A stretch of 54,896 nucleotides of DNA from Gemmatimonadota bacterium (GTDB taxonomy: Bacteria > Gemmatimonadota > Gemmatimonadetes > Palauibacterales > KS3-K002). The DNA is taken from the NCBI GenBank assembly GCA_039586795.1, contig JBDHJS010000031.1, positions 1-54,896 on the forward strand, in the 5' to 3' direction. Positions 17,525-26,919 of the stretch are shown here, piece after piece. The notes below the pieces were generated by a model. It saw only the letters and a list, made by a program, of their open reading frames with translations, was not told the origin of the DNA and did no database searches. Numbering within the stretch: position 1 is the stretch's first letter; every line of letters begins with the position of its first letter. The position numbers and the translations under genes were made by a program.

Positions 17525-18454
17525 CTACCGCGTCAGCCGGCCGAACAGATCCTGGAGACTGCCGGCCTCTTCGTGCAGTTCCCAGAGCTCCCAACCCAAC
17601 TGCTTCGCCAACCGGAAGATCTCCGGCCGCGGGTCGGGCCCGGACCCGACATCGAGCACCAGGCGCGTGCGGCCGTCGTGCTCATCTCGATCGGTGACAG
17701 AGTCAACGTTGGGAAGCTTCAAGATCTCTTCTTCGATATCCGACCCCTTCGCTTCCATGATGACCGTGCGCCCGGTGCTCATGTCCCGGGCCTGGTTCAT
17801 CAGGTCTTCCGTCGTGCCGTCAGCGACGATCGAACCTTCATGGATCACGATGATGCGACGGCACGTCTCCTCCACCTCGGGCAGCACGTGGGTACTGAGC
17901 AGGACCGTGTGCTCTTGGCCCACCTCGCGGATCAACTTCCGGATCTCCTGCCGCTGGTTGGGGTCGAGACCTTCCGTCGGTTCATCGAGGATCAGATAGT
18001 CGGGGCGCGGCAGAATCGCCGCCGCCAACCCCAGGCGCTGGCGAAAGCCCTTCGACAGCTCGCCGATCGGGCGGTAGTAGACGCTGGCGATGCCGGTCGC
18101 CTGCACGGCGTCGTCCAAGGCGCTGCCCGGGCCATCCCCGGTCACCTCCCTGAGGTCGCCGACGAAGGCGAGGTACTCGCTGACCAGCATGTCGGTGTAG
18201 AGGGGGTTGTTCTCCGGCAGGTAGCCGATCTGGCGCCGCGCCGCGACCGGATCCTCTCGCACGTCCGTGCCGTCCAGCTTCACGGCCCCCTGCTCGGGCT
18301 CCAGGTAGTTGGTGATCAATCGCATCGTCGTCGACTTCCCCGCCCCGTTCGGGCCCAGGAAACCGACGATTTCTCCGCGATCCACGGTGAACGACGCGTC
18401 GTCGACGGCCACAGTACGACCGAACGACTTGGTCACGTTCTCCAGCGCAATCAA
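17525..18454 (-). CDS. ABC transporter ATP-binding protein (GldA-like)
   Basis: Walker A GPNGAGKST, signature LSKGFRQR, ILDEPT, STH; GGAGG before TTG start. Confidence 0.95.
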   Translation of the reverse strand: MIALENVTKSFGRTVAVDDASFTVDRGEIVGFLGPNGAGKSTTMRLITNYLEPEQGAVKLDGTDVREDPVAARRQIGYLPENNPLYTDMLVSEYLAFVGDLREVTGDGPGSALDDAVQATGIASVYYRPIGELSKGFRQRLGLAAAILPRPDYLILDEPTEGLDPNQRQEIRKLIREVGQEHTVLLSTHVLPEVEETCRRIIVIHEGSIVADGTTEDLMNQARDMSTGRTVIMEAKGSDIEEEILKLPNVDSVTDRDEHDGRTRLVLDVGSGPDPRPEIFRLAKQLGWELWELHEEAGSLQDLFGRLTR

Positions 18455-18534
18455 GTCGACCTCCGAGACATATTCAGTACTAGTATGAGCGCCGATAGCG
18501 GCAGATGAGAACCAGCAGACTTGCTCAGCAATAA

Positions 18535-18609
18535 CGGGGCTGACGGGACTCGAACCCGCGACCTCCGGTGTGACAGACCGGCACTCTAACCGAACTGAGC
18601 TACAGCCCC
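18535..18609 (-). tRNA. tRNA-Asp(GTC)
   Basis: GGGGCTGTAGCTCAGTTCGGTTAGAGTG, CCGGT-CTGTCAC-ACCGG, GGTTCGAGTCC. Confidence 0.97.
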
Positions 18610-18652
18610 AAGGGCCGCCCGATCAGGATTCTGAATGGGTGGCGCGGCCGAA

Positions 18653-18680
18653 AATGTACCCCTCCTACGTTGCGGGTCAA
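18653..18680 (-). promoter_or_regulatory. Sigma70-type promoter of tRNA-Asp
   Basis: TTGACC (18680-18675), 16-nt spacer, TACATT (18658-18653). Confidence 0.65.
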
Positions 18681-19006
18681 GGCTTGGGATTCAGGGTTCG
18701 GGCCACGCCTACGGCTTGCTCCGCCCAAAGGCACAGCGCTTCGTCGTCCTCCAGCACGTCCGCGGGCACCTCGTAATAGCTGGTGAGGGTCTGCTTCTCA
18801 CTGGCCCGGAACGGCCCCATCCCCTGGCTCCGGTAGGCCTCTCGCGTGCGCTCGTCGGTCTTGAAGTAGAGGCGGTCGTCAGCGACGATGGCGAAGAAGA
18901 CGGAGTCGTGGTAGATGCCGTGGCCGCCGAACATTCTGCGCGAATCGACCGAGCCCAGATCGCGGAGCTGATCCAGCACGTACGAGACGAACGAATCCTT
19001 GCTCAT
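18677..19006 (-). CDS. TfoX/Sxy N-terminal domain protein
   Basis: RRMFGGHGIY..FFAIVADDRLYFK, SYYEVPADVLED; ATG at 19006 overlaps the upstream stop (ATGA). Confidence 0.92.
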   Translation of the reverse strand: MSKDSFVSYVLDQLRDLGSVDSRRMFGGHGIYHDSVFFAIVADDRLYFKTDERTREAYRSQGMGPFRASEKQTLTSYYEVPADVLEDDEALCLWAEQAVGVARTLNPKP

Positions 19007-20232
19007 CTCGAGTTGTGCGAGCGCCCGGTCGCCCGCCTTCGCAGCCCCGTCAGTCTTCCGAACAGTCGCCAGTGATCGACGACCGCGGGTATCGGGTCGC
19101 TGAGTCGAAAGACATCGGAATGAGTTCTTGGACCGAAGCCTGACAGGTACTGACCGAAGGCCTGCAACCGTGTGGGATCGGTGCCCGTCGCCGGGATCTC
19201 TCCTCCACGCAAGAAGGACAGAAACGACTCGAGATCCCCTCTGTGCCAACACGTGCGGCTACCGATCCGAATCGGTTCCGGCTCCGGTACTTCGCCGTGA
19301 ACGAAGTAGCGGTAGATCCAATACGGGAAGTCCCACCCGGCGTGAACCGATCCCTGGACCGAAGCCCAGATCCGTCCGTTGGTCTCCATGTACCACAGCT
19401 TCTTCTGATCTTCGCCGACGAAGAAGGCCACATGCGCCACGCCATCCCATTCGACGGCCTTGAGCATCTCCCGTGCGCTGCGCTCGGCCACTTCGATGGG
19501 CTCCACGACCTCGCGCGTGACTCCCACTCCTCTCAGCCGCCGCAACGAGTGGTATTCGTGAATCGCCACCAGCTCTCCCCGCGCCGCGAAGCAGCAGAGG
19601 TTGTGGACGACACCGGACGCGCACTCCTGAAACAGCGGGTAGCTTCCATCGGCGCAGTGCTCGTCGATGTACCCCCGCAGTTCTCGTTCGTCGCGCGCGT
19701 AGAGAACCTTGAACGAGAAACTGGGCATCCCGGGGTAGGTCCCGGGTCCCGGCGGCTTGAGCACGATCGGGAACCCCAGGGCATCGATCATCTCGGGAAT
19801 CTGGTCCGGGCTCTCCAGATCGAACTGCTTCGGGCAAGGAACGCCGAGCTGCTTGGCCAGTCTCAGATTGGCTCGCTTGTCGACGACCTTCTCGAGGGAC
19901 TCGGACCGGGCGATCGCCAGTTTCGTGTGATCCTCCAGCTCGGCGCGATAGCGATCAACGGCCAGGAGAGTGGAGTCGGTCGTCGGAATGATTAGTTTGA
20001 TGCCGAGCTGCTCCACGGCTTGAAGCACCGAAGCGATGTACGCTTCCGGTTCTGCTCGGGGTGACGGTGCCAGAAGAGCGTGTTCGATATGGCGCGAGCG
20101 CAGAGCCATGTTAGGCTCTTCGCCGACGGCCAGGACGGACAGACCGTGAGCGGCAAGCGAACGGGCGACGGCCAGTCCGGGACGGGTATCCGCACCGGCG
20201 ACCAAGACGTCGACCTGGCGATCGCTGTTCAA
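19003..20232 (-). CDS. ATP-grasp domain protein (carboxylate-amine ligase type)
   Basis: GLAVARSLA, LIIPTTD, VDKRANL..LGVPCPK, FPIVLKP, LFQE, METNGRIWAS. Confidence 0.85.
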   Translation of the reverse strand: MNSDRQVDVLVAGADTRPGLAVARSLAAHGLSVLAVGEEPNMALRSRHIEHALLAPSPRAEPEAYIASVLQAVEQLGIKLIIPTTDSTLLAVDRYRAELEDHTKLAIARSESLEKVVDKRANLRLAKQLGVPCPKQFDLESPDQIPEMIDALGFPIVLKPPGPGTYPGMPSFSFKVLYARDERELRGYIDEHCADGSYPLFQECASGVVHNLCCFAARGELVAIHEYHSLRRLRGVGVTREVVEPIEVAERSAREMLKAVEWDGVAHVAFFVGEDQKKLWYMETNGRIWASVQGSVHAGWDFPYWIYRYFVHGEVPEPEPIRIGSRTCWHRGDLESFLSFLRGGEIPATGTDPTRLQAFGQYLSGFGPRTHSDVFRLSDPIPAVVDHWRLFGRLTGLRRRATGRSHNSR

Positions 20233-20325
20233 CCTATCTACCTCCTGAAGCGTAGGTACCGCGGCTACTCTTTGGCGATCGACGCCTGGCGCTTGTATGA
20301 TTACCCGTCTAGTCCGGGCTTGTCC

Positions 20326-21216
20326 CTACCGTTCGTGCTCCAGGAAAAACGCGGAGATCGTCAGCGACGTATTGAACTCGGCGCTCATCTGCCACGCGTG
20401 TGTGCCGCCGAGCACTCCGATCGCAGTCGCTTCCGCTCCTGACGCGCACGGCCGGTAACGCTCCACGACGACGAATGTCCCATCGTCGAAGTTGTCCGGC
20501 GGCCGAATGATCTCCGCCGAGTCCGGGCAGCTGATCCAATTCGCCCACATCTGAATCGTCTCGGTGGCGCCCAGGTAGTTCACCGTGTCGCCTTCGAACG
20601 GTATCACGTCGTCGTCCGTGCCCTGGATCCCCAGAATCGCGACCGGAAGCGACGGGCTGCAGGTGATCGAGAGCGGGACCGACATCGGAGCCGCCACGCT
20701 GGCTATGGCAGCGATCTCATCGTCCAACTCGCAGGCCAAGCGGTAGGCGAACAGGCCGCCGGCCGAATAACCGGCCGCATAGACACGGTTTCGATCTATG
20801 CTGTAGGAATCGTCCACATCCTGAATCAGCATCCGGACGAAGCCCGTGTCATTAACGGCAGCCGAGTCCGCGGCGTTCCATCCAGCTCCATGCGCCCAGG
20901 TCTGTTCCATACCGTCGGGATAGGCAACGAAGAAGTCGAACGCGTCGGCGTTCGCGTCGAACGATGCGAGCGCCTGCATCTCGGTGCCGTTATCGCCCCA
21001 ACCATGGAACACTATGAGAAGAGGTATATCGGCAGCCATGGTGTCGGTGCCGGCCGGAATGAACAGCCGGTAGCTGCGCAGGGTATCGCCGACCTGCACG
21101 CCCCGCAGCACCGTGCGTCCCCTGGGGATGTTGTTAACGACCTCGTCATCACCACAGCCGGCGGCGGTAAGGATCCCTAAGACGAGCGCGGCCGCGATCG
21201 TTGCTCTAGAAATCAT
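20326..21216 (-). CDS. PHB-depolymerase/LpqC-like esterase, probable lipoprotein
   Basis: Lipobox-like TAAGC; PLLIVFHG, VAYPDG, nucleophile GYSAGG, GTDDDVIP, GGTHAW. Confidence 0.88.
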   Translation of the reverse strand: MISRATIAAALVLGILTAAGCGDDEVVNNIPRGRTVLRGVQVGDTLRSYRLFIPAGTDTMAADIPLLIVFHGWGDNGTEMQALASFDANADAFDFFVAYPDGMEQTWAHGAGWNAADSAAVNDTGFVRMLIQDVDDSYSIDRNRVYAAGYSAGGLFAYRLACELDDEIAAIASVAAPMSVPLSITCSPSLPVAILGIQGTDDDVIPFEGDTVNYLGATETIQMWANWISCPDSAEIIRPPDNFDDGTFVVVERYRPCASGAEATAIGVLGGTHAWQMSAEFNTSLTISAFFLEHER

Positions 21217-21271
21217 ATGGATGCTCCGTAGTCATGCGTGCTGTGGGGCTACGTCTGAAACATAGCCCCGC

Positions 21272-22144
21272 TCATCGATTGCTCAAACCCGCGCCCAGAG
21301 CCGCAAGCTCGGGCGCGTCCAGGGTGTCGCAGACAGCGTCGAAACCTACTAGCGGGCCGGTCCACTCCAGCTCATCGACGCTATCGCTCACCGGCGCCTC
21401 AACTGCGATCGTGGCGATGCGCCGGAAGAGCAGTGCCAGCTCCAGCTCCTCCGACAGAGTCGCAGCCAGCCGTGCCGCGCCACGCACCGTCACATCCCAG
21501 TCCTCCGCCGAGCGCGGTATCTCTTCTATATGACCGTAGTGCGCGAGGAGGACGGACGACGACTTGGCTCCCCAACCGGGAAGGCCCGGGAAGCCGTCGG
21601 CATCGTCACCTACCAGCGCCAGATAATCGGGGATCGACTTCGGGGCGACCCCGTACTTCTCGATCACACCCTGCTCGTCGATCACCGCTCGCTTCCGCCG
21701 ATCGAGCTGCACGATCCGGGTGCCGCTCACGCACTGCGCCAGGTCTTTGTCCGGCGTGCAGATCAGCACCTGCTCGACCCGGTCGTCGGCCGTGGCCATC
21801 GCCGCGCCCGCCCCCAGCCCATCGTCCGCCTCGTATTCCACCATCGCCCACACCGGGATTCCGGCGGCGCGCAGCGCATCCTCGAGCAGTCCAAATTGCG
21901 AAAACAGGTCCGGCTCGATCCCTGTCCCGTCCTTGTAATCGGGCCACAGATCGTTTCGGAATGACTCGACGATGTGATCGGTTGCCACCGCAATATGGGA
22001 TGCGCCATCGCGCAGCATGTTAAATATCGAACGCACGACGCCTCTGGTGGCCGCCACCTCTTGCCCGTCGGAATTGACATGCGAGGGAAGCGCGTAGTAG
22101 TGGCGGAACAGCTCGTAGGTACCGTCTACTAGATGGATCTTCAC
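21272..22144 (-). CDS. Stand-alone 5'-3' exonuclease / flap endonuclease
   Basis: HLVDGTYELFR, SFRNDLWPDYK, EYEADD, TPDKDLAQ, LALVGDDADGFPGLPGWG; GTG start at 22144. Confidence 0.93.
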   Translation of the reverse strand: MKIHLVDGTYELFRHYYALPSHVNSDGQEVAATRGVVRSIFNMLRDGASHIAVATDHIVESFRNDLWPDYKDGTGIEPDLFSQFGLLEDALRAAGIPVWAMVEYEADDGLGAGAAMATADDRVEQVLICTPDKDLAQCVSGTRIVQLDRRKRAVIDEQGVIEKYGVAPKSIPDYLALVGDDADGFPGLPGWGAKSSSVLLAHYGHIEEIPRSAEDWDVTVRGAARLAATLSEELELALLFRRIATIAVEAPVSDSVDELEWTGPLVGFDAVCDTLDAPELAALGAGLSNR

Positions 22145-22208
22145 GATTGTTCGGTGTTTTCTATGTTCGACGGTCGACCTACGACGCGCGTCGGTCGACG
22201 CTCGTACC

Positions 22209-22838
22209 ATTTCGACAGCCAACGGCGGACAGCCGCCGCTCGACGTTCGAGTCCTGTTGGGCGATCGACGCTCGACTACCGACTCCCATCCGTACGTCGT
22301 TCTCGATGAACGTCGTGCGTCGAGCGTCGGTCAGCGAACTGGATTCGGCCGTCGAGCGCCGGCTGTCGGCTGTCCGCTGTCGAAATGTGAAGCCGAAGGC
22401 TTCTCCTTATAGAGTTCCTACAAGACATCCGGCCCCGCCGAAACGACCGGCCGGCCAAGCTCCAAAAGCACCTTGGCGATAACCGCTTTCCGCCGCTTGA
22501 GCATGTCGCGGTAGTCCTTCGAGTCGGTATCGGCGATCTCCATCCGCAGGTCGGAGTGGGTATTCTCGAGGACCTCCGCCAGCATGATGGTCTCCTCGGC
22601 TGTCAGATCGAGCTGAAACATGGCGCACCCCCACGAATCGGAATGGAAGCACCCGGCCCGCTCACACGTCCTCTATATTATCCCTACGAGAATAGACCAT
22701 CATCTGTGGCAGCGGCCTTTATAGACACCAACGCTCATCACCCAGAGAGTCGTCAGGACGCACGTCGGACGTCGGGCATCGATCGCCGAACAGGACTCGA
22801 ACGTCGAACACCGGCTGTCGGCTGTCCGCTGTCGAAAT
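22209..22838. repeat. Three copies of a ~68-bp repeat: 22209-22276 (inverted), 22319-22386 and 22771-22838 (direct)
   Basis: Shared end CGGCTGTCGGCTGTCCGCTGTCGAAAT; by manual alignment the last 37 nt of copies 2 and 3 match at 35 positions. Confidence 0.85.
22418..22621 (-). CDS. Small hypothetical protein (67 aa, helical)
   Basis: GGGGTG RBS; LDLTAEE..LAEVLE..SDLRMEIADTDSKDYRDMLK resembles a recurring small hypothetical family. Confidence 0.75.
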   Translation of the reverse strand: MFQLDLTAEETIMLAEVLENTHSDLRMEIADTDSKDYRDMLKRRKAVIAKVLLELGRPVVSAGPDVL

Positions 22839-22864
22839 AGTCGAAAACCGAAGGTTCTCGTCCT

Positions 22865-23698
22865 CTAATCAAGCGCACAAAAAGCTCCGCCTGCTCCGGC
22901 CATGCCCGCGATCATCACGTCGGTGAATTCCGGCGTGTCGGGATTATCGTAGTAGACACCGGCTGAGAAAGCGCCAATAAACTCTCCCGGGATCTGTGCC
23001 ATCGTGTGCTGGACAAAATCCGATATTCCTTCCATCGCGTCGCAAGCCGATTGTGCGGCGGGCCCACTCTGAAACCGCGTGTAGAACTCGAAGCTTATCT
23101 CGTCGCCGACCCACGTCACGTTATGTCCGTTGAACACGTTGCCGTAGCTGGTCACGCGACGGCCGGCCAACTCGCGGTCGTAGTAGGCCTTTGTCTGGGC
23201 GCGGATGTTGGCGAACAGTCGACCCTGGTAGGCATCGGGAAGCACCAGGTGCTCGACGTTCAGGTAGCCCTGCACGCCGCCTTCCGCGTAGCGGTACCAG
23301 CGGCCAGCCATATCCCACACGCGGACCCGCTGCCCGCGACTCACCTGCCCAACCACCGAGCAACCCGTAGAGCGACAGTTACGCACGTTGAGGGTCGCTG
23401 CCGTAACCATCATCGTCCCTTCGCCGGCAGGACCGAGTGCGTCGTAGGAGACGGCACCGCGCCGCTGTCCACCGACGTAGAACGATACCCTGTTGTCACC
23501 CGAAACATTGTCGAGATCGACGTGGACCGTATCACCTTGCTGGAAGCGGCCGGCGTCCTTCAGCACGAGCATGGTCGCTAGCGTGGGCGTCGCAGGCGCT
23601 GCCTCATCGGGCGTCGGCTCGGCGACGCTGGAGCCCGAGCTCGAACAGGCGGCGAGCGCAAGTGTTGTTAGAACCCAAGCCGGGGATAGGCGCTTCAT
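22865..23698 (-). CDS. Lipoprotein with bacterial SH3 domain
   Basis: Lipobox LAAC; VTAATLNVR..VVGQVSRGQRV..GRWY..QGYL. Confidence 0.8.
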   Translation of the reverse strand: MKRLSPAWVLTTLALAACSSSGSSVAEPTPDEAAPATPTLATMLVLKDAGRFQQGDTVHVDLDNVSGDNRVSFYVGGQRRGAVSYDALGPAGEGTMMVTAATLNVRNCRSTGCSVVGQVSRGQRVRVWDMAGRWYRYAEGGVQGYLNVEHLVLPDAYQGRLFANIRAQTKAYYDRELAGRRVTSYGNVFNGHNVTWVGDEISFEFYTRFQSGPAAQSACDAMEGISDFVQHTMAQIPGEFIGAFSAGVYYDNPDTPEFTDVMIAGMAGAGGAFCALD

Positions 23699-23895
23699 CT
23701 CCAGTCCTTTCTGTGACAGGCCCCGAATACGGGAGGGTAAGGAAGTGAATCAGGGATGGGGCCTTTTGTCCAGTACTCACAAAGCGTGCCGGATCTGTAG
23801 TGGAGGAATTGCTTGCGTATCAGGGCCCCGCGGACGCATATTCGCGCCTTCGGCCATCCTCGGGCCGACGACATAGCCCCAACTGGAGGAGACGC

Positions 23896-24411
23896 ATGAG
23901 ACGAATCTCAGCACCGGCGCTCCTGATCTTCGTGCTGGCGTTAGCCACTTCGGCCTGCTCCCAATCGGACGCGGTAGCCGACACGGCGCCCCACGTATCA
24001 GGCGCGACCCCCGAAGAAGCCGGCCGCTACATAACCACCATCGGCGGTTGCCACGATTGTCACACACCACGATTCCTGGAGACGGGATGGGAAGTCCCGG
24101 AGTCGGAGTGGTTCACCGGTGTCCCCGTCGGCTGGCGCGGGCCCTGGGGAACCACCTACGGTTCCAACCTTCGCCTCACGGTCCAAAGACTGACCGAGGA
24201 CCAGTTTGTCGAGACACTCAAGACCCGAAAGGCGCTGCCACCGATGCCGTGGCCGCTGGTCAGCAATATGCATGAGTCTGATATGCGCGCGGTCTACAAG
24301 TACCTGAAGAGCCTGGGCCCAGCCGGCGAAGAGATGCCGGCGCCGCTGCCGCCGAACCAAGAGCCGACGACGCCCTTCGTCGTGCTGGCTCCACCTACGA
24401 TGCCCAACTAG
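23896..24411 (+). CDS. Monoheme cytochrome c, probable lipoprotein
   Basis: GGAGGAG RBS; TSAC lipobox; CHDCH heme motif; GPWGTTYGSNL; PPMPW axial Met. Confidence 0.92.
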   Translation: MRRISAPALLIFVLALATSACSQSDAVADTAPHVSGATPEEAGRYITTIGGCHDCHTPRFLETGWEVPESEWFTGVPVGWRGPWGTTYGSNLRLTVQRLTEDQFVETLKTRKALPPMPWPLVSNMHESDMRAVYKYLKSLGPAGEEMPAPLPPNQEPTTPFVVLAPPTMPN

Positions 24412-24527
24412 TCTTCAAACAAGTGCTGCAGATACGGCCGCACTCGCGCGACAGGCGCGGGTGCGGCCGTTGCGCTATTATCAAAGCGCCAGAACCTATG
24501 ACAGCAATCAGCCTACGGAGGAGAGCC

Positions 24528-25247
24528 GTGGACACGGATGCGATGATTGACGCCAGGGGAGCCACAATCGTTCGCGAAGCACTGAGGAGCAGGTTCGGAC
24601 TTCTCGCCTTGGTGCTCCTCGTCGCTATCATTCTGCCGACGATTCTCCCTCACACCAGATTCCTCTCCGTCTTGTTCACAGCACTGACCACGACCGTCCT
24701 GCTCTCCGGGCTCTACGCCGTCGCCACGAGCAGAAAGCACTTCCTAATCGGCGTGGCGCTGATCATACCCGCAATCATGACGGACTGGGGGAGCGAGGTA
24801 ATAGACTCGCACGTCATGCAGGCCGTCGGAGTTGGCTTCAGCGTGCTGTTCCTAGCCTACGTCGGGTGGCTGCTGCTCCTCTACATCCTCGTCGCCCGAC
24901 GCGTCACCACAAGCATCATCTTCGCGGCCGTCAGCCTCTACCTGCTGATCGGGTTCGTATGCGCGGCGTTGTACTACGCGATCGAGCTATTTCAGGGCGA
25001 CCCGATGATTTCGACCACCTTCGCCGGCAATATCGGCATGGCACCGCCGCGTGCTGAAACGCTCTATTACAGCTTCGTGACGCTTACGACATTGGGCTTC
25101 GGTGACATCTCGCCGGTCGCGCAACCTACGAGAGCGCTTTCTATCGTGGAGGCGTTGATCGGTCAGCTGTTCCTGGTCACGATGATGGCGCGCCTCGTTT
25201 CGCTGCAGGTCGCACATTCCGGCGACGCCAAGCCATCAGAGGTCTGA
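24528..25247 (+). CDS. Potassium channel family protein (Ion_trans_2 pore)
   Basis: YYSFVTLTTLGFGDISP filter; GGAGGAG before GTG 24528. Confidence 0.9.
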   Translation: MDTDAMIDARGATIVREALRSRFGLLALVLLVAIILPTILPHTRFLSVLFTALTTTVLLSGLYAVATSRKHFLIGVALIIPAIMTDWGSEVIDSHVMQAVGVGFSVLFLAYVGWLLLLYILVARRVTTSIIFAAVSLYLLIGFVCAALYYAIELFQGDPMISTTFAGNIGMAPPRAETLYYSFVTLTTLGFGDISPVAQPTRALSIVEALIGQLFLVTMMARLVSLQVAHSGDAKPSEV

Positions 25248-25252
25248 GTCGT

Positions 25253-25699
25253 ATGCCGAAGGAGAGGCGGCCGCTTTGGACCTGCCCACGCTGCGGGCAC
25301 CGCTTCGTGATGCGGAACATCTGGCACTCGTGCGGTCGCTTCAAGCTGGCTGACCACCTTGAGGGAAAGCTCCCGGCTGCACGGAGGATATTCAACAGAG
25401 TTAGGGCGATCGCCCGCGAGTGCGGGCCCGTCACCATCTACGCACAGAAATCGCGCATCGTCTTCCAGGTGCGGGTCCGCTTCGCCAACGCGGTGGTGCG
25501 AAAGCGCCGGGTCGACATCGGACTCTGGCTGACCCGGCGCATAGAGCATCCGGCGCTGCACAGCGTCGACGTCATCGCGCCCAACTGCTACGCCCATACG
25601 TTCCGAATGCACGACGAGACCGACGTAGACGATGAGTTCGCAAAGCTGTTCGGTGAGGCGTACCTCGTCGGTCAGCAGGAACACCTAGACTTAGACTGA
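25253..25699 (+). CDS. DUF5655-like protein with N-terminal CxxC
   Basis: WTCPRCGHRF..HSC, GPVTIYAQKSRIVF..RVRFA, EAYLVG. Confidence 0.75.
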   Translation: MPKERRPLWTCPRCGHRFVMRNIWHSCGRFKLADHLEGKLPAARRIFNRVRAIARECGPVTIYAQKSRIVFQVRVRFANAVVRKRRVDIGLWLTRRIEHPALHSVDVIAPNCYAHTFRMHDETDVDDEFAKLFGEAYLVGQQEHLDLD

Positions 25700-26872
25700 C
25701 GCCCCTTTTGCCTCTGGTCCCTGGAGCACGAGGATCGCCGCCAGCGCACCCACCACGACACAGGAACTCCACAGCGCCGTCGGATTGATGCCGTAGAGCG
25801 CCGTCCCCAACGTCGGTCCGATGACGAACGCGATGCCAAACGTCAGGCTCCACGCGCCTTGATATCGCCCGCGCATCTCCACCGGCGCCACATCTGCCAC
25901 GTACGCAGCCGCTACCGGCAACAGCGTGATCTCGCCGAGCGTCCAGACCGCCACCGCCAGAGCTGCCACCGGAATGATCGCAGCGCCCGTCGTCAATCCG
26001 AACCCGATGCCCATCACGAGGAAGCCGAACGCCATAACGCGACGGGGCCTCAACCGCTGCGTGACCGATGCGATGGGCAGCTCGAACAGCACGATCAACA
26101 GGCCGTTGAGCGAGACGAGCGCACCGAACGTCGCGGCCGAGAACCGCTCCGTGATCTGCAGCGCCCAGCTCGAGAACGCCTGAACCAGCACCAGGATGCC
26201 CAATGTCGACGAGGCGAGGAACACGAGAAACCCTCTGTCCGCCAGCACGACGCGTACCCAGCTGGCTTTTCCCTCCTGCTCCTCCGCGGGCTTGCCCTCC
26301 GGCAACGCCAGCAACGCGATGACCCCGAAGACGGCTGACGTGATGGCATCGCCGACAAACAGATACAAGAAGCCGTGCCCGGCCAGGAAGCCTCCGACCG
26401 CCGGCCCCGCGGCAAAGCCGGCGTTCACTGCCAGCCGGTTCATGGCGAACGCCGGCACACGCTGACCCGCCGGCGTCAGGTCGGCCAGTAACGCAGCGGC
26501 CGCCGGTCGGTAAAGCTCCGACGTGAAACCGGCGAGCGCCGCCAACGGGATGATCGCCAGAAGGTTGTTCGCCTGCGAGAGCCCCAACATCGCCGCTGCC
26601 GAGGTGAACATGGAGAGCGCGATCGTGTAGCGTCGGCCGAGCCGGTCGGCCAGCGAACCACCCACCGGCCCCGAGAACAAGGCACCTAGCCCATAGGCGC
26701 TAAGAGCGAGACCCGCCTGCGCCTCCGAATACCCCTGCCGCGTGATGTAGACCGCCAGGAAGACGATGACGAAGCTGCCGAACTTGCTGATGAACGTGCC
26801 GCCGAACAGCAGCCACGCGGCGCGCGGCAACTCGCGGATGCTCCGTCGCAGGGTGGGACGATCCAACCCCAA
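25691..26872 (-). CDS. MFS transporter
   Basis: Motif A GSLADRLGRR; about 12 hydrophobic segments; APVEMRGRYQG. Confidence 0.93.
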   Translation of the reverse strand: MGLDRPTLRRSIRELPRAAWLLFGGTFISKFGSFVIVFLAVYITRQGYSEAQAGLALSAYGLGALFSGPVGGSLADRLGRRYTIALSMFTSAAAMLGLSQANNLLAIIPLAALAGFTSELYRPAAAALLADLTPAGQRVPAFAMNRLAVNAGFAAGPAVGGFLAGHGFLYLFVGDAITSAVFGVIALLALPEGKPAEEQEGKASWVRVVLADRGFLVFLASSTLGILVLVQAFSSWALQITERFSAATFGALVSLNGLLIVLFELPIASVTQRLRPRRVMAFGFLVMGIGFGLTTGAAIIPVAALAVAVWTLGEITLLPVAAAYVADVAPVEMRGRYQGAWSLTFGIAFVIGPTLGTALYGINPTALWSSCVVVGALAAILVLQGPEAKGASV

Positions 26873-26919
26873 GGCACTCGTCCTTGTCGTGTTCTACTGG
26901 GTGTTTCGGCGGATGGTCT

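Noticed and set aside
4017..18609. All seven tRNA genes lack an encoded CCA
   Set aside because: Common in many bacterial lineages; CCA is added post-transcriptionally
22209..22838. Repeat-flanked small gene as an integron cassette
   Set aside because: The repeats lack the RYYYAAC/GTTRRRY core sites of attC and no integrase is present
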